DNA from: Alphaproteobacteria bacterium | GTDB lineage: Bacteria > Pseudomonadota > Alphaproteobacteria > JBFXJJ01 | Assembly: GCA_050175015.1 (NCBI GenBank) | Contig: JBFXJJ010000004.1 | Span: 145,304-209,303 of the forward strand | Direction: 5' to 3' | DNA: 64,000 bases | Shown here: one piece after another, positions 1 through 13,800 of the stretch | Position numbering within the stretch: the first letter of the stretch is position 1 | Layout: each line of letters opens with the position of its first letter | Translations under genes and position numbers: made by a program | Notes under the pieces: model-generated | What the model was told of the DNA's origin: nothing | The model's database searches: none | What the model saw: the letters and a program-made list of their open reading frames with translations, nothing else

Positions 1-156
1 TGCTGATTTAACTTCAGTTTTTTCTGCATCAAGAGGCACGATAAAGGTAACTTTATTATGCTCTGAAGCTTTCATCGATTTTTCGGTGATTACTGGTCTA
101 CGGATAACGTCATACATACGTTCCGTAACATTCTTTTTTACTTCAGACTTACTCAT
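1..156 (-). CDS. rplW: 50S ribosomal protein L23 (5' part, truncated by window edge)
   Basis: Manual translation from the ATG overlapping the rplD TGA: MSKSEVKKNVTERMYDVIRRPVITEKSMKASEHNKVTFIV; S10 operon order. Confidence 0.93.
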   Translation of the reverse strand, partial: MSKSEVKKNVTERMYDVIRRPVITEKSMKASEHNKVTFIVPLDAEKTEVKSA

Positions 157-773
157 TTTAGTCTAGCCTCCAGATGTTCTACAGCTTCCTTGGTTAAAAC
201 CAAAGTATCACGTCTTAAAATGTCATAAACATTAGCACCTTGCTGTGGCAACACATCAATACCAATAATATTACGAGCTGCTAAGGCAAAATTATTATCA
301 ACTGCAATACCATCAACGATAAGAGCAGAGGTAAGTCCTAATGCTTTAATTTTAGCAACAACTTCTTTGGTTTTTGCTTTTTCAGTTGCAACACTGTCAA
401 GAACAAGCAGTTTACCTTGTTTTGCTTTAGATGACAAGGCTGTTTTTAAACCAAGTCTACGAACTTTCTTCTGTAAACTATAGCCATGGTCTCTAACAAC
501 AGGTCCAAAAGCAACACCGCCGCCAACCATTGAAGGGGCTTTCATATTGCCATGTCTAGATCTACCACCACCTTTTTGTTTAAATGCTTTTTTAGATGTT
601 CCAGACACTTCACTTCTAGCTTTCGCTTTGTGACAGCCTGAGCGTCTTTTGGCTAATTGCCAGTTAACTACACGAGCCAAAATATCCTCACGGATATCGA
701 CTCCAAAAATTGAGTCAGAAAGCTCAATTGAGCCAACACTCTTATTTTCTAAATTTTTAACTTCGAGTTTCAT
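153..773 (-). CDS. rplD: 50S ribosomal protein L4
   Basis: KAKARSEVSG...QKGGGRSRHG...GGGVAFGP motifs; operon order. Confidence 0.98.
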   Translation of the reverse strand: MKLEVKNLENKSVGSIELSDSIFGVDIREDILARVVNWQLAKRRSGCHKAKARSEVSGTSKKAFKQKGGGRSRHGNMKAPSMVGGGVAFGPVVRDHGYSLQKKVRRLGLKTALSSKAKQGKLLVLDSVATEKAKTKEVVAKIKALGLTSALIVDGIAVDNNFALAARNIIGIDVLPQQGANVYDILRRDTLVLTKEAVEHLEARLK

Positions 774-778
774 CTCAG

Positions 779-1486
779 TTATTCCTTCTCATCTACGACA
801 GCAGCAGCAGTTGCTTTTAATACTCCAGCTGGCATAGGAACATCTTTAGGAAGAGATTTCTTTACAGAATCTCTAACTTTAAGTAATGAACCTTTATGCC
901 CTGGCACTCCACCTTTGACCATAATCAAATTACGGGCATCATCAACAGCTACAACTTCTAAATTTTGAACTGTTACTTTTTCATCGCCCATATGACCAGC
1001 CATTTTCTTTCCTTTGAAAACTCTGCCTGGATCTTGATGTTGACCAGTTGAACCGTGTGAACGGTGAGATACTGACACACCGTGAGATGCTTCTAAACCT
1101 TGGAAATTATGTCTTTTCATTGCTCCAGCAAAGCCTTTACCAATGGAAAAACCTGAAACATCAACAAATTGTCCAACGACAAAATGACTTGGAAGGAATT
1201 TAGAACCAGCCTCTAAAAGACAATCTTCAGAAACTCTAAATTCAATTAATTTTTGTTTTGGTTCTATTTTTGCCTTAGCATAAGAACCTCTCATAGCTTT
1301 GGTTACATTTTTTGCTTTAACCTGACCAGCACCAATTTGAACGGCATCATAACCGTCTTTTGCTTTGGTTCTAACGGAAACTACTTCGCAGTTGTCAAGT
1401 TGTAATACTGTAACTGGAACGTGCACACCATCTTCTTTAAAAAGACGAGACATTCCGAGCTTTCTTGCTAATAATCCTGAACGCAT
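779..1486 (-). CDS. rplC: 50S ribosomal protein L3
   Basis: [42 protein letters not shown]. Confidence 0.98.
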   Translation of the reverse strand: MRSGLLARKLGMSRLFKEDGVHVPVTVLQLDNCEVVSVRTKAKDGYDAVQIGAGQVKAKNVTKAMRGSYAKAKIEPKQKLIEFRVSEDCLLEAGSKFLPSHFVVGQFVDVSGFSIGKGFAGAMKRHNFQGLEASHGVSVSHRSHGSTGQHQDPGRVFKGKKMAGHMGDEKVTVQNLEVVAVDDARNLIMVKGGVPGHKGSLLKVRDSVKKSLPKDVPMPAGVLKATAAAVVDEKE

Positions 1487-1498
1487 TTTTACGTCTCC

Positions 1499-1825
1499 TT
1501 ACACTTTAATCTCAACGTCAACGCCAGCTGCTAAATCAAGCTTCATTAAAGCATCAACTGTTTGCGGAGTTGGATCAACGATATCTAAAACTCTACGATG
1601 AGTACGAATCTCGAATTGTTCACGAGATTTTTTATCAACGTGCGGAGAACGGTTTAATGTAAATTTTTCAACTAATGTTGGCAAAGGAATCGGACCGCAA
1701 ACACTTGCGCCGGTTCTTTTGGCCGTATTAACGATTTCAAGCGTTGATTGATCGAGCAACCTGTGCTCAAACGCTTTCAACCGTATTCTAATATTTTGAC
1801 CTTCCATCATGGCTTTCTGCACCAT
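1499..1825 (-). CDS. rpsJ: 30S ribosomal protein S10 (true start may be a downstream Met near 1807-1810)
   Basis: [29 protein letters not shown]. Confidence 0.98.
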   Translation of the reverse strand: MVQKAMMEGQNIRIRLKAFEHRLLDQSTLEIVNTAKRTGASVCGPIPLPTLVEKFTLNRSPHVDKKSREQFEIRTHRRVLDIVDPTPQTVDALMKLDLAAGVDVEIKV

Positions 1826-1922
1826 CCCTTATTTTTCCCGGATAGCTTGCCGAAAGTTACTCTCGCAGCCAGTTCTCGGGGACTTGTTAACACAAATATA
1901 TCTTTATAGTATAAAAACACTA

Positions 1923-1952
1923 TTCGGAACGAGGAAAATACCTCGTTCCGAA
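1923..1952 (-). terminator. Perfect 12-bp hairpin downstream of tuf (also present after the second tuf)
   Basis: TTCGGAACGAGG-aaaata-CCTCGTTCCGAA; same sequence at 18626-18655. Confidence 0.6.
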
Positions 1953-1991
1953 CAGAAAAACAAGAACTTTTTTTAAATTCTTCGTTTTTTC

Positions 1992-3182
1992 TTATTTTAC
2001 GATAGATGCTACCACTCCTGCACCTACTGTACGACCACCTTCTCTAATCGCAAATCTTAAGCCTTCATCCATCGCAATCGGAGCTATTAGATTGATCTTC
2101 ATAGAAATGTTATCGCCTGGCATAACCATCTCTACTCCTGATGGTAATTCTATCGAACCGGTTACGTCCGTTGTTCTAAAATAAAACTGGGGACGATAGT
2201 TCGAGAAAAATGGAGTATGACGACCACCTTCTTCTTTTGTTAAAATATAACATTCACAATTGAATTCGGTATGTGGTGTAATTGAACCTGGTTTTGCTAA
2301 TACTTGACCACGTTCAACGTCATCTCTTTTCGTGCCTCTCAATAAAACACCAATGTTGTCGCCTGCTTCGCCTTGATCAAGAAGCTTACGGAACATTTCA
2401 ACACCCGTACAAGTAGTCTTCGTGGTATCTTTTAAACCTACTATCTCTACTTCTTCGCCTACTTTCAATACGCCGCGTTCTACTCTGCCGGTTACAACTG
2501 TACCACGGCCAGAAATAGAAAATACGTCTTCAATTGGCATCAAAAATGGTAAATCTTTGGGACGATCTGGTTGTGGAATATATTTGTCAACTTCTGCCAT
2601 CAACTTCAATACTGCTTCCTTACCAATCTTTGGATCCTTGTCTTCCAACACTGCTAATGCTGAACCAGGGATAATTGGAATATCATCGCCTGGGAAATCA
2701 TAAGAAGATAATAATTCTCTCAGCTCTAATTCAACTAATTCCAATAATTCTGGATCGTCTACTTGGTCAACCTTATTCAAAAATACTACTAACGCTGGAA
2801 CACCTACTTGTCTTGCTAACAAAATGTGCTCTCTCGTCTGTGGCATTGGACCATCAGCTGCTGATACTACTAATATCGCTCCGTCCATCTGAGCTGCTCC
2901 AGTAATCATGTTCTTAACATAGTCAGCATGTCCCGGACAGTCTACGTGCGCATAGTGCCTATTCGCTGTCTCATACTCTACGTGTGCTGTAGATATGGTG
3001 ATACCTCTAGCTTTCTCTTCCGGTGCCTTGTCTATCTGGTCATATGCTGTAAACTCTGCACCACCTGCTTCCGCTAATACTTTCGTGATCGCTGCCGTTA
3101 ATGAGGTCTTGCCATGGTCTACGTGACCTATCGTACCTATGTTACAATGCGGCTTCGTCCTCTCAAATTTCTCCTTAGCCAT
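1992..3182 (-). CDS. tuf: Elongation factor Tu (copy after fusA)
   Basis: [23 protein letters not shown], full-length EF-Tu. Confidence 0.99.
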   Translation of the reverse strand: MAKEKFERTKPHCNIGTIGHVDHGKTSLTAAITKVLAEAGGAEFTAYDQIDKAPEEKARGITISTAHVEYETANRHYAHVDCPGHADYVKNMITGAAQMDGAILVVSAADGPMPQTREHILLARQVGVPALVVFLNKVDQVDDPELLELVELELRELLSSYDFPGDDIPIIPGSALAVLEDKDPKIGKEAVLKLMAEVDKYIPQPDRPKDLPFLMPIEDVFSISGRGTVVTGRVERGVLKVGEEVEIVGLKDTTKTTCTGVEMFRKLLDQGEAGDNIGVLLRGTKRDDVERGQVLAKPGSITPHTEFNCECYILTKEEGGRHTPFFSNYRPQFYFRTTDVTGSIELPSGVEMVMPGDNISMKINLIAPIAMDEGLRFAIREGGRTVGAGVVASIVK

Positions 3183-3232
3183 CTATCTTACTCCATCTAT
3201 ATAAAAATAAGTTATAAAATAAAAATTGTGAA

Positions 3233-5320
3233 TTAACCTGCTAATTTGGTTTTAATTTCTTCGAAAACATTGTTTGGAACTTCTGCATAATGTCCAAAAT
3301 GCATTGAATATTGTGCACGTCCCTGGCTCATAGAGCGCAATGTATTAACATAACCAAACATAGAAGCTAAAGGAACAAAAGCTGAAATAACTCTAGCATT
3401 TCCACGCTGTTCCATACCGTTAACTTGGCCTCTGCGACTGTTAAGATCGCCAATAATATCACCCATATATTCTTCTGGGGTAACAACTTCCACTTTCATA
3501 ACAGGCTCTAAAAGTTTAGGACCACCCTTCATCATACCTTCTCTAAAAGCTGCTCTTGCAGCAATTTCAAAAGCCATAACACTTGAGTCAACATCGTGAT
3601 AAGCACCATCATAAAGGGTAGCTTTGATGTCAGCACAAGGGAAGCCTGCAATTGGACCAGCTTCCATAGCTGATCTAATGCCTTTTTCAACACCTGGAAT
3701 ATATTCTTTAGGAACATTACCACCGACAACTTTATTCTCAAAGGTAAAGCCTAAGCCTGCTTCTTGAGGCTGGAATGTAATTTTAACTCTAGCAAACTGA
3801 CCAGCACCGCCAGATTGTTTCTTATGAGTATAATCAACATCACATAACTTAGTGATGGTTTCACGATAAGCAACCTGAGGAGCGCCAACGTTAGCTTCAA
3901 CCTTAAATTCACGTTTCATACGATCAACGATAATTTCGAGGTGAAGTTCTCCCATTCCTTTAATAATGGTTTGTCCGCTTTCTTTATCAACAGAAACTCT
4001 AAAAGAAGGATCTTCCATAGCTAAACGTTGAAGAGCTGCACTCATTTTTTCAACATCAGCTTGTGTTTTAGGCTCTACAGCAACTTCAATAACAGGATCT
4101 GGGAATTCCATCTTTTCAAGAATGACTTCATTGTTTGTATCACAAATAGTCTCACCTGTTGTGGTGTCTTTTAAGCCAACGAGAGCTACAATATCACCAG
4201 CATATGCTTCTTTAATATCTTCACGGTGATTAGCATGCATTAGAAGCATACGACCAATTCTTTCTTTTTTATCTTTTACTGAATTAAGAGTCGTAACACC
4301 ACTTTGAAGAGTTCCTGAGTAAATTCTCGCAAAGGTTAATGAGCCAACATAAGGGTCGTTCATAACTTTAAAAGCTAAAGCTGAGAAAGGTTCCTTATCA
4401 TCAGGTTTACGGAATACTTCAACTTCTTCATTGTTAGTAACAATTTTGACACCTCTTACAGGAGGAATATCAAGTGGTGATGGCAAATAATCAACAACAG
4501 CATCTAACAAAGTTTGAACACCTTTGTTTTTAAAGGCTGTACCACAAAGCACTGGGAAGAATGTCATAGAAATCACACCCTTACGGATACAGGCTTTTAT
4601 AGTTTTTTCATCAATTTCCTTACCTTCAAGATAAGCTTCCATTACAGCATCATCTGTTTCAACGGCTGTTTCGATTAATTTTGCATGATAATCTTCGGTT
4701 GCATCTTTTAAATCATCAGGAACATCTGTAACAACAAATTCAGCACCAAGGGATTCATCTTTCCAAATGATTGCCTTTTTCTGCAAAACGTCAATGACAC
4801 CTTTAAACTCAGATTCAGCACCGATTGGCAGTTGTAATACCAAAGGTACAGCCCCGAGTCTCTTTTTGATCATATCGACGCACATATCAAAATTAGCGCC
4901 AATTCTATCCATTTTGTTTAAGAAACATATTCTTGGAACTTTATATTTATCAGCCTGACGCCAAACCGTTTCAGACTGAGGTTCAACACCTGCAACAGAG
5001 TCAAAAACAGCTACAGCACCGTCTAAAACACGCAAAGATCTTTCAACTTCAATCGTGAAGTCAACGTGTCCCGGAGTATCAATGATGTTAACTCTATGAT
5101 CTTTCCAGTAAGCGGTAGTTGCAGCTGATGTAATTGTAATACCACGTTCTTGTTCTTGTTCCATCCAGTCCATTGTGGCGTTACCATCATGAACTTCACC
5201 GATTTTATAAGATTTACCTGTATAGTAAAGAATACGTTCAGTTGTGGTGGTTTTTCCAGCATCAATATGTGCCATGATGCCGATGTTTCTATATTTTTCA
5301 ACTGGGGTTGTACGAGCCAT
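3233..5320 (-). CDS. fusA: Elongation factor G
   Basis: [31 protein letters not shown]. Confidence 0.99.
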   Translation of the reverse strand: MARTTPVEKYRNIGIMAHIDAGKTTTTERILYYTGKSYKIGEVHDGNATMDWMEQEQERGITITSAATTAYWKDHRVNIIDTPGHVDFTIEVERSLRVLDGAVAVFDSVAGVEPQSETVWRQADKYKVPRICFLNKMDRIGANFDMCVDMIKKRLGAVPLVLQLPIGAESEFKGVIDVLQKKAIIWKDESLGAEFVVTDVPDDLKDATEDYHAKLIETAVETDDAVMEAYLEGKEIDEKTIKACIRKGVISMTFFPVLCGTAFKNKGVQTLLDAVVDYLPSPLDIPPVRGVKIVTNNEEVEVFRKPDDKEPFSALAFKVMNDPYVGSLTFARIYSGTLQSGVTTLNSVKDKKERIGRMLLMHANHREDIKEAYAGDIVALVGLKDTTTGETICDTNNEVILEKMEFPDPVIEVAVEPKTQADVEKMSAALQRLAMEDPSFRVSVDKESGQTIIKGMGELHLEIIVDRMKREFKVEANVGAPQVAYRETITKLCDVDYTHKKQSGGAGQFARVKITFQPQEAGLGFTFENKVVGGNVPKEYIPGVEKGIRSAMEAGPIAGFPCADIKATLYDGAYHDVDSSVMAFEIAARAAFREGMMKGGPKLLEPVMKVEVVTPEEYMGDIIGDLNSRRGQVNGMEQRGNARVISAFVPLASMFGYVNTLRSMSQGRAQYSMHFGHYAEVPNNVFEEIKTKLAG

Positions 5321-5344
5321 TATCAGCTTTTCCTTAAATTTTAT

Positions 5345-5815
5345 TTACCAACGATAGTGAGAGAAAGCTTTATTAGCTTCTGCCATCTTATGAGTATCTT
5401 CACGTTTTTTTACGGCAGACCCTCTATTTGCAGCGGCATCAATAAATTCTGCTGCAAGTCTTTCAACCATTGTTTTTTCTGAACGGTTTCTAGCGGCTCC
5501 AATAATCCAACGAATAGAAAGTGCCTGTCTACGTTCTGGACGAACTTCAACTGGTACCTGATAAGTAGCACCACCTACACGGCGGGATCTAACTTCTACT
5601 GAAGGTTTTACATTATCAATAGCTTCATGAAAGCTTTTCAATGCATCTTGTCTGGTTTTTTCAGAAAGACGATCTAAAGCACTGTAAACGATTTTTTCTG
5701 CAGTTGCTTTTTTACCTTGTTCCATTACACAATTCATAAATTTAGCAACAACGAGATCGCCATATTTTGCATCTGGCAATACTTCACGTTTTACTGCTGC
5801 GTGACGACGAGACAT
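5345..5815 (-). CDS. rpsG: 30S ribosomal protein S7
   Basis: [30 protein letters not shown]. Confidence 0.99.
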   Translation of the reverse strand: MSRRHAAVKREVLPDAKYGDLVVAKFMNCVMEQGKKATAEKIVYSALDRLSEKTRQDALKSFHEAIDNVKPSVEVRSRRVGGATYQVPVEVRPERRQALSIRWIIGAARNRSEKTMVERLAAEFIDAAANRGSAVKKREDTHKMAEANKAFSHYRW

Positions 5816-5827
5816 AGTTTAAATTCC

Positions 5828-6199
5828 TTATTTTGGACGCTTTGCACCATATTTTGAACGGCGCTGACGTCTATCATTAACACCTTGAGTATCTAAAGTA
5901 CCACGAATTACATGGTAACGAACACCAGGTAAGTCCTTTACACGACCACCTCTAATCATAACGACTGAGTGTTCCTGAAGATTGTGGCCTTCACCAGGAA
6001 TATAACTTGTAACTTCCTGACCATTTGTAAGTCTTACACGAGCTACTTTACGAAGAGCCGAGTTTGGTTTTTTTGGAGTTGTTGTATAAACTCTGGTACA
6101 AACTCCACGTTTCTGCGGGCAAGCTTCAAGAGCTGGCACTTTATTACGCTTTTCAATAGGTGTCCGCGATTTGCGGATTAACTGGTTAATAGTTGGCAT
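5828..6199 (-). CDS. rpsL: 30S ribosomal protein S12
   Basis: MPTINQL start, [23 protein letters not shown]. Confidence 0.99.
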   Translation of the reverse strand: MPTINQLIRKSRTPIEKRNKVPALEACPQKRGVCTRVYTTTPKKPNSALRKVARVRLTNGQEVTSYIPGEGHNLQEHSVVMIRGGRVKDLPGVRYHVIRGTLDTQGVNDRRQRRSKYGAKRPK

Positions 6200-6537
6200 A
6201 TCTTTCAAACCTTTTTTAGACAATTAAAAGTCTTAAATTAAAATTGAAGAAACCATAAAAAGGCAATTCTAAAAAAACTGTCTCTTTAAAGCTTTTCTTA
6301 AATTAAATATTTAGGCATAACTTTAAAGGGTATTCTCCATTTAAAGTATACCAAGATTGCGAATACTAGTTGGGACTTCGCATTTCGTCAAGATTTAATC
6401 TTGTTTTTTTAGTCTTTTTTATGAAAAAAGCCCAAAAAAAGAAAAAACCTTATAAAAATTTAAAAGTTAAGGGGTTGAATTAAACAACCCCATAACTTTT
6501 TAATTAATAAAACAAGCATAAATTTTATGTGTTTTAT

Positions 6538-9500
6538 CTATTCAGCTTTAGAATCGGTTATAGCTGCAACTTCGTTTTCTTTCTTTATGGTAGCCATTTC
6601 TTTATCATTTTGCGCAGCAATATGACGCAAACGGTTCATAAAGGCTCCCGTTCCAGTTGGAACCAAACGACCAACAATAACGTTTTCTTTCAGACCATTC
6701 AAAGTATCAACTTTACCAGAAACAGAAGCCTCGGTTAATACTCTAGTTGTTTCTTGGAATGATGCCGCAGAAATAAATGATTTTGTCTGTAAGCTTGCTT
6801 TGGTAATACCAAGCAATACAGGTTCTGCAACTGCTGGTTTTCCACCTTCAGCTTCAGCTTTCTCATTTTCAGTCTTGAAAGTATCTAAATCAACCTGTTC
6901 TCCAAGCAGAAGCGTGGTATCACCGGTCTCAATAATTTCAACTTTCTGCAACATTTGACGAACGATAACTTCAATGTGTTTGTCATTGATTTTAACGCCT
7001 TGCAGACGGTAAACATCTTGAACTTCTTTAATTAAGTATTCTGCGAGTTTTTCAACACCTAAAATCCTTAATATGTCGTGAGGAACAGGGCTGCCGTCAA
7101 CTAAGCTATCACCCTTGCGGACAAAGCTTCCTTCTTGGACAACCACGTGTTTACCCTTAGGTATCAAATATTCAACTTCTTCACCGTTTTCAGTCTTAAT
7201 AACGATACGGCGTTTTGCTTTATAATCGCTTGCAAATTCAACCGTACCATCAGCTGTTGCAATAATAGCGTGATCTTTTGGACGTCTTGCTTCAAATAAC
7301 TCCGCAACTCGTGGCAAACCACCTGTAATATCTTTCGTTTTAGAGCTTTCTCTTGGTATTTTAGCTAAAACGTCACCGACTTTAACTTTGCTGCCAGGTT
7401 CAACTGAAATAATCGCATCAACTGACATAAAGTATCTTGCATCCATACCGTTATCAAATTTAACAATCTCATTATTGTCATCACGAAGCGTCATTCTTGG
7501 TTTTAAATCACTAGTTTTAGGCTGTGATTTCCAATCAATAACAACTTTAGAAGCAATACCTGTTGTTTCATCAACATTTTCACGATAAGAAACATTTTCA
7601 ATCAAGTCGACAAAGTTTACGATACCTTCTTTTTCGGTAATGATTGGAATGGTATATGGATCCCACTCTACCAACTTCATACCTTTTGTTACATCAATCT
7701 TATCTTTAATTAAGATTCTAGCACCATAAGGAATGCGGTATCTAGCTTTTTCACGTTTGTTACTATCAATAATAGCGACTTCGCAGTTACGTGACATAAC
7801 AATCGCGATACCTTGAGAATTCTTAATAACATTTTTGTTATAGAATTTTATTTTACCATCAAAGGCAGCCTCGATACTTGACTGCTGAGCACTACTTTGC
7901 GCAGCACCACCAATGTGGAACGTTCTCATTGTAAGCTGTGTTCCAGGTTCACCGATTGACTGAGCAGCGATAACACCAACAGCCTCACCGATGTTAACTG
8001 GTGTTCCTCTTGCCAAATCACGACCATAACAAGCCGAACATACACCATCTTTACTTTCGCAAGTAAGAACAGAACGAATAAATAAACTTTCAATTCCAGC
8101 TTCTTCTAAAAGCTCAACATCGTGTTCATCTATAAGCTTGCCTTTAGGAACAATAACGTCCTTAGTTTCAGGATGGATAACATCTTCTTGAGATGTTCTG
8201 CCAAGCACTCTTTCACCTAAGGAAGCAATAACTTCACCACCATCAAGAATAGAACGTACAGTAATGCCTCTCTCTGTGCCACAATCATTTTGAGTAATAA
8301 TTGCGTCTTGAGCGACGTCAACCAACCTTCTGGTCAAATAACCTGAGTTCGCAGTCTTAAGAGCGGTATCAGCCAAACCTTTACGAGCACCGTGGGTAGA
8401 ATTAAAGTATTCTAAAACGGTAAGACCTTCTTTAAAGTTTGAAATAATTGGAGTTTCAATAATTTCACCAGAAGGTTTAGCCATAAGACCACGCATACCT
8501 GCGAGCTGTTTCATTTGAGCTGCGGAACCACGAGCACCAGAGTGAGCCATCATATAAACAGAGTTAACTGGCACGCCCTTTTCATATTTTGAAATTTCTT
8601 TCATCATTTCGTCAGAAACTTTATCGGTACAACGTGACCAAGCGTCAACAACCTTATTGTATTTTTCACCTTGAGTAATAAGACCTTCTTGGTACTGCTG
8701 TTCAAATTCTTTAACCTGATTTTCGGTTTCAGTAATAAGTTTGGTTTTAGTTTTTGGAACAACCAAATCATCTTTACCGAATGATACGCCAGATTTAGCA
8801 GCTTGGCGGAAGCCTAAGCCCATTAATCTATCAGCAAAAATAACCGTTTCTTTCTGACCGCAGTGACGATAAACCACATCAATAATATCTGAAACATCTT
8901 TCTTACGAAGAAGTCTGTTAACTAAAGAAACGTGAATTTTTGGGTTTTTAGGAAGCATTTCAGTAACCATCATTCTTCCTGGTGTGGTCTCAATAATTTG
9001 AGTACGATAAACTCCAACCTCATCATAAGCGTTAATACGGCATTTAACTTTAGCGTGAAGACTTACAACTTTCTCATTAAGAGCGTGTTCAATTTCAGCT
9101 AAATCAGTAAATACTGTACCCTCACCTTTTTCACCTTCAAGTTCCATAGTTAAGTAGTAAAGACCAAGAATAATGTCTTGGGTTGGAACAATAATAGGCT
9201 TGCCGTTTGCAGGAGAAAGAATGTTGTTTGTTGACATCATAAGCACACGGGCTTCAAGCTGAGCTTCAAGTGAAAGTGGAACGTGAACAGCCATTTGGTC
9301 GCCGTCAAAGTCTGCGTTAAATGCAGTACAAACTAACGGATGCAACTGAATAGCCTTACCTTCAATCAAAACAGGTTCAAAAGCTTGAATACCTAATCTA
9401 TGAAGCGTTGGAGCACGGTTTAACATAACTGGATGTTCGCGGATAACTTCTTCCAAAATATCCCAAACTTCAGGTCTTTCTCTTTCGACCATACGTTTTG

Positions 9501-10692
9501 CTGCTTTAATAGTTGTAGCCATTCCGTACAGCTCTAATTTAGCATAAACAAACGGTTTAAAGAGTTCTAATGCCATTTTCTTAGGAAGACCGCATTGATG
9601 CAATAATAATTCAGGACCAACAACGATAACTGAACGTCCAGAGTAATCAACACGTTTACCTAATAAGTTTTGACGGAAACGACCTTGTTTACCTTTAAGC
9701 ATATCAGCCAAAGATTTAAGAGGACGTTTGTTAGCACCTGTAATCGCTCTGCCTCTGCGACCGTTGTCAAACAATGCATCAACAGATTCCTGAAGCATAC
9801 GTTTTTCATTACGAATAATGATTTCTGGTGCTCTGAGTTCAATCAATCTTTTTAAACGATTATTACGGTTGATAACTCTACGATATAAGTCATTCAAATC
9901 TGATGTTGCAAAACGACCGCCATCTAATGGAACCAAAGGACGCAACTCTGGTGGAATAACAGGGATAACATCTAAAATCATCCATTCTGGTCTAGAATTA
10001 GATTCAATAAATGCTTCACAAAGTTTAAGTCTTTTTACAAGCTTTTTGCGTCTAGTTTCTGAATTGGTACCCTTTAATTCAGATTTGATTTTTTTCAGTT
10101 CTTCTTCTAAATCAATTTGAGAAAGAATTTCTTTAATTGCTTCAGCGCCAATACCAACTCTAAAAGCATCTTCACCGTAATCTTCTACAGCTTGCTGATA
10201 TTGCTCTTCGTTAAGAAGATCGTGAAGTTTTAATGGTGTAAACCCTGGTTCAATAACTATATAGCTCTCAAAATAGAGAACTTTTTCTAAACCTTTTAAA
10301 GTCATATCGACTAATAAACCGATACGGCTAGGAAGTGATTTCATAAACCAGATATGAGAAACTGGAGCAGCTAAATCGATATGCCCCATACGTTCACGAC
10401 GTACTTTGGAAAGCGTGACTTCAACACCGCACTTTTCACAAACAACGCCTCTGAATTTCATTCTCTTATATTTTCCGCAAAGACATTCATAGTCTTTAAT
10501 CGGTCCAAAAATCCTAGAACAGAAAAGTCCATCTCTTTCTGGTTTAAATGTACGATAATTAATTGTTTCTGGTTTTTTTACTTCACCATAAGACCAAGAT
10601 CTTATTTTTTCAGGTGATGCAATACTAATTTTTATTTCATCAAAAGATTGGGAGTTACTAACTTGCCCAAACACTTTAATCAGCTCATTCAT
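6538..10692 (-). CDS. rpoC: RNA polymerase beta' subunit
   Basis: [12 protein letters not shown] catalytic motif; CLCGKYK zinc finger. Confidence 0.99.
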   Translation of the reverse strand: MNELIKVFGQVSNSQSFDEIKISIASPEKIRSWSYGEVKKPETINYRTFKPERDGLFCSRIFGPIKDYECLCGKYKRMKFRGVVCEKCGVEVTLSKVRRERMGHIDLAAPVSHIWFMKSLPSRIGLLVDMTLKGLEKVLYFESYIVIEPGFTPLKLHDLLNEEQYQQAVEDYGEDAFRVGIGAEAIKEILSQIDLEEELKKIKSELKGTNSETRRKKLVKRLKLCEAFIESNSRPEWMILDVIPVIPPELRPLVPLDGGRFATSDLNDLYRRVINRNNRLKRLIELRAPEIIIRNEKRMLQESVDALFDNGRRGRAITGANKRPLKSLADMLKGKQGRFRQNLLGKRVDYSGRSVIVVGPELLLHQCGLPKKMALELFKPFVYAKLELYGMATTIKAAKRMVERERPEVWDILEEVIREHPVMLNRAPTLHRLGIQAFEPVLIEGKAIQLHPLVCTAFNADFDGDQMAVHVPLSLEAQLEARVLMMSTNNILSPANGKPIIVPTQDIILGLYYLTMELEGEKGEGTVFTDLAEIEHALNEKVVSLHAKVKCRINAYDEVGVYRTQIIETTPGRMMVTEMLPKNPKIHVSLVNRLLRKKDVSDIIDVVYRHCGQKETVIFADRLMGLGFRQAAKSGVSFGKDDLVVPKTKTKLITETENQVKEFEQQYQEGLITQGEKYNKVVDAWSRCTDKVSDEMMKEISKYEKGVPVNSVYMMAHSGARGSAAQMKQLAGMRGLMAKPSGEIIETPIISNFKEGLTVLEYFNSTHGARKGLADTALKTANSGYLTRRLVDVAQDAIITQNDCGTERGITVRSILDGGEVIASLGERVLGRTSQEDVIHPETKDVIVPKGKLIDEHDVELLEEAGIESLFIRSVLTCESKDGVCSACYGRDLARGTPVNIGEAVGVIAAQSIGEPGTQLTMRTFHIGGAAQSSAQQSSIEAAFDGKIKFYNKNVIKNSQGIAIVMSRNCEVAIIDSNKREKARYRIPYGARILIKDKIDVTKGMKLVEWDPYTIPIITEKEGIVNFVDLIENVSYRENVDETTGIASKVVIDWKSQPKTSDLKPRMTLRDDNNEIVKFDNGMDARYFMSVDAIISVEPGSKVKVGDVLAKIPRESSKTKDITGGLPRVAELFEARRPKDHAIIATADGTVEFASDYKAKRRIVIKTENGEEVEYLIPKGKHVVVQEGSFVRKGDSLVDGSPVPHDILRILGVEKLAEYLIKEVQDVYRLQGVKINDKHIEVIVRQMLQKVEIIETGDTTLLLGEQVDLDTFKTENEKAEAEGGKPAVAEPVLLGITKASLQTKSFISAASFQETTRVLTEASVSGKVDTLNGLKENVIVGRLVPTGTGAFMNRLRHIAAQNDKEMATIKKENEVAAITDSKAE

Positions 10693-10815
10693 TATGATGC
10701 CTCTCTAAAACTTTCTTGAAACTTATACGGGTATTAGTTCCTAATGGTTATAAACTCTTTTTTTAAAAACACAAATGTTTAAGAGGATAAAAAATCCTCT
10801 TAAACATTTTTTTAA

Positions 10816-13800
10816 CTATACATCTTTCTGATTCAACTCAACATTGAGACCGAGAGAACGAATTTCCTTAACAAGAACGTTAAATGACTCAGGAACCCCT
10901 GCTTCAAACGTATCATCGCCACGAATAATCGACTCATAGACTTTAGCTCTGCCAGAAACATCATCAGACTTAACTGTTAACATTTCCTGCAAAGTATAAG
11001 CTGCACCATATGCTTCTAAAGCCCAAACTTCCATTTCACCGAATCTTTGTCCGCCGAATTGAGCCTTGCCGCCTAACGGCTGTTGGGTAACCAAACTATA
11101 AGGACCAATTGAACGAGCGTGAATTTTGTCATCAACTAAGTGATGGAGTTTAAGCATATAAATATAACCAATAGTGGTTGGGCGATCAAAAGCTTCACCT
11201 GTTCTTCCATCATAAAGAACAACCTGTCCGCTTCTTGGAAGCCCTGCTTTTTCAAGCATATCAACGATATCTTTCTCTTTAGCACCATCAAAAACTGGCG
11301 TTGCAATAGGAACACCTTTTTTCAGGTTTTCAGAAAGCTCTAAAACTTTTTCGTCGTCAAGTGAAGCTATTTCCTTTCTAAAGGTTTCCTTACCATAAAC
11401 ATTAAGAAGAGTATCTTTTAAATCATCAATATTTTTCTTGTTGTATTTAATATCTTCTAAGAGTCTAGTAATCTGTTCACCAAAAGCGTGACAAGCCCAG
11501 CCTAAATGGGTTTCCAAAATTTGTCCCACATTCATACGTGATGGCACACCTAAAGGATTAAGCACAAGATCAACAGGCGTACCGTCTTCGGTATAAGGCA
11601 TATCTTCAACAGGAATAATTCTTGAAACCACACCTTTATTACCATGACGACCAGCCATTTTATCTCCAGGTTGCAATTTACGCTTAACAGCAATAAATAC
11701 TTTAACCATTTTCAAAACGCCTGGAAGCATTTCATCGCCACGTTGAAGTTTCTTAACCTTGTTTTCAAAACGAGCCTTAAGAATTTCAATGTTTTTATCA
11801 AAGACTGTAGCCATTTTTTCAATATCTTTCATAGCTTCTTCATCTTCGACAACGATTTTGCGCCACTGTGAACTTGGAACTCTTGCTAAAATTTCTTCAT
11901 TAAGAATTTCATTCACATTAATGCCTTCTGGAGCATTAACAACCTTCTTACCCAAGAGTTCTTCTTTAAGACGAGCATCAAAGCTTACTTGTAAAATAGA
12001 TTTTTCGTCATCACGGTCTTTTGCAAGGCGTTCAATTTCTGCCTGCTCAATAGCCATAGCACGTTGATCTTTTTCAACACCTCTTCTAGAGAAGACACGA
12101 ACATCAACGATTGTTCCGTAAACACCAGGAGGAACTCTTAAAGATGTATCTCTTACATCAGCTGCTTTTTCACCAAAAATAGCTCTCAGAAGCTTTTCTT
12201 CTGGCGTCATTGGAGATTCACCCTTAGGGGTAACTTTACCAACGAGAATATCTCCAGCTTCAACTTCTGCGCCGATATAAACGACACCGGCTTCATCAAG
12301 ATTTTTAAGAGCTTCTTCACCAACGTTAGGAATATCTCTAGTTATTTCCTCTTGACCAAGCTTGGTATCACGAGCCATAACCTCAAATTCTTCAACGTGA
12401 ATAGAGGTAAAGACATCTTCTTTAACAATACGTTCAGAAATCAAAATTGAATCTTCGTAGTTGTAACCATTCCAAGGCATAAATGCGACCAAAACGTTAC
12501 GACCCAAAGCTAATTCGCCCATATCAGTACAAGGACCATCAGCAATAATATCACCAACTCTTACAATGTCACCAACTGAAACCAATGGTTTTTGATTGAT
12601 ACATGTACTCTGGTTAGAACGAAGGAATTTATTAAGGTTATAAATTTCAACGCCAGTCTCTGTTGAAGTTTTCTTATCTGTGCAGCGGACAACAATACGA
12701 GTACCGTCAATTTGTTGAACAATACCATTAGAACGAGCCACAATAGCTGCACGAGAGTCTCTGGCAACAGCACCTTCCATACCAGTACCAACTAATGGTG
12801 CCTCGTTCTTAAGAAGAGGAACAGCTTGACGCTGCATGTTTGATCCCATCAATGCACGGTTTGCGTCATCGTTTTCCAAGAATGGAATTAAAGCCGCAGC
12901 AACCGAAACCAACTGTTTAGGAGAAACGTCAATAAAATGAATTTCTTCTGGAGGAACAATTACAAAGCCATCAGCTTTACGACAGTAAACCAGTTCTTCT
13001 TTAAAGCGATTCTTGCTATCAAGCTCTGAATTTGCCTGAGCAATGTTATAACGCCATTCTTCCATAGCAGAAAGATATACAACTTCATCTGTAACATGGC
13101 CGTCAACAACTCTGCGATAAGGACTTTCGATAAAACCATAACGGTTTACTCTTGCAAAAGTAGCAAGAGAGTTAATCAAACCAATATTAGGACCTTCAGG
13201 CGTTTCAATAGGACAAATACGACCATAATGGGTTGGGTGAACGTCTCGAACTTCGAAGCCTGCACGTTCACGGGTAAGACCACCAGGACCCAAAGCCGAA
13301 AGACGTCTTTTATGTGTAATTTCTGCTAAAGGATTGGTCTGATCCATAAACTGAGATAACTGAGAAGAACCAAAGAATTCACGAACAGATGCAACAACAG
13401 GTTTTGCATTAATCAAATCCTGAGGCATAACAGTATCAATATCAACAGAACTCATACGTTCACGAATAGCTCTTTCCATACGAAGAAGACCAATACGATA
13501 TTGATTTTCCATAAGTTCACCAACGGAACGGACACGTCTGTTGCCTAAGTGGTCAATATCATCAATTTCGCCCTTGCCGTCTTTTAAATCAGCAAGCGTT
13601 TTTACAATAAGAAGAATATCTTCTCTTCTTAAAACTCTCATATCGTCTGGAGCATCTTCTGCGCTAATATCAAGGCGGGCATTCATTTTTACACGACCAA
13701 CTGATGACAAATCATAGCGCTCAGGATCAAAGAACAAGCTATTAAATAAGTATTCTGCAGCCTCAATCGTAGGTGGTTCACCTGGGCGCATAACTCTATA

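Larger units (their letters stand above)
1914..3188. repeat. 1275-bp direct repeat, copy 1 (tuf plus 3' flank); copy 2 at 18617-19891
   Basis: Constant 16703-bp offset; identical translations in the tuf frame and two alternative frames; identity extends 78 bp past the stop codon. Confidence 0.92.
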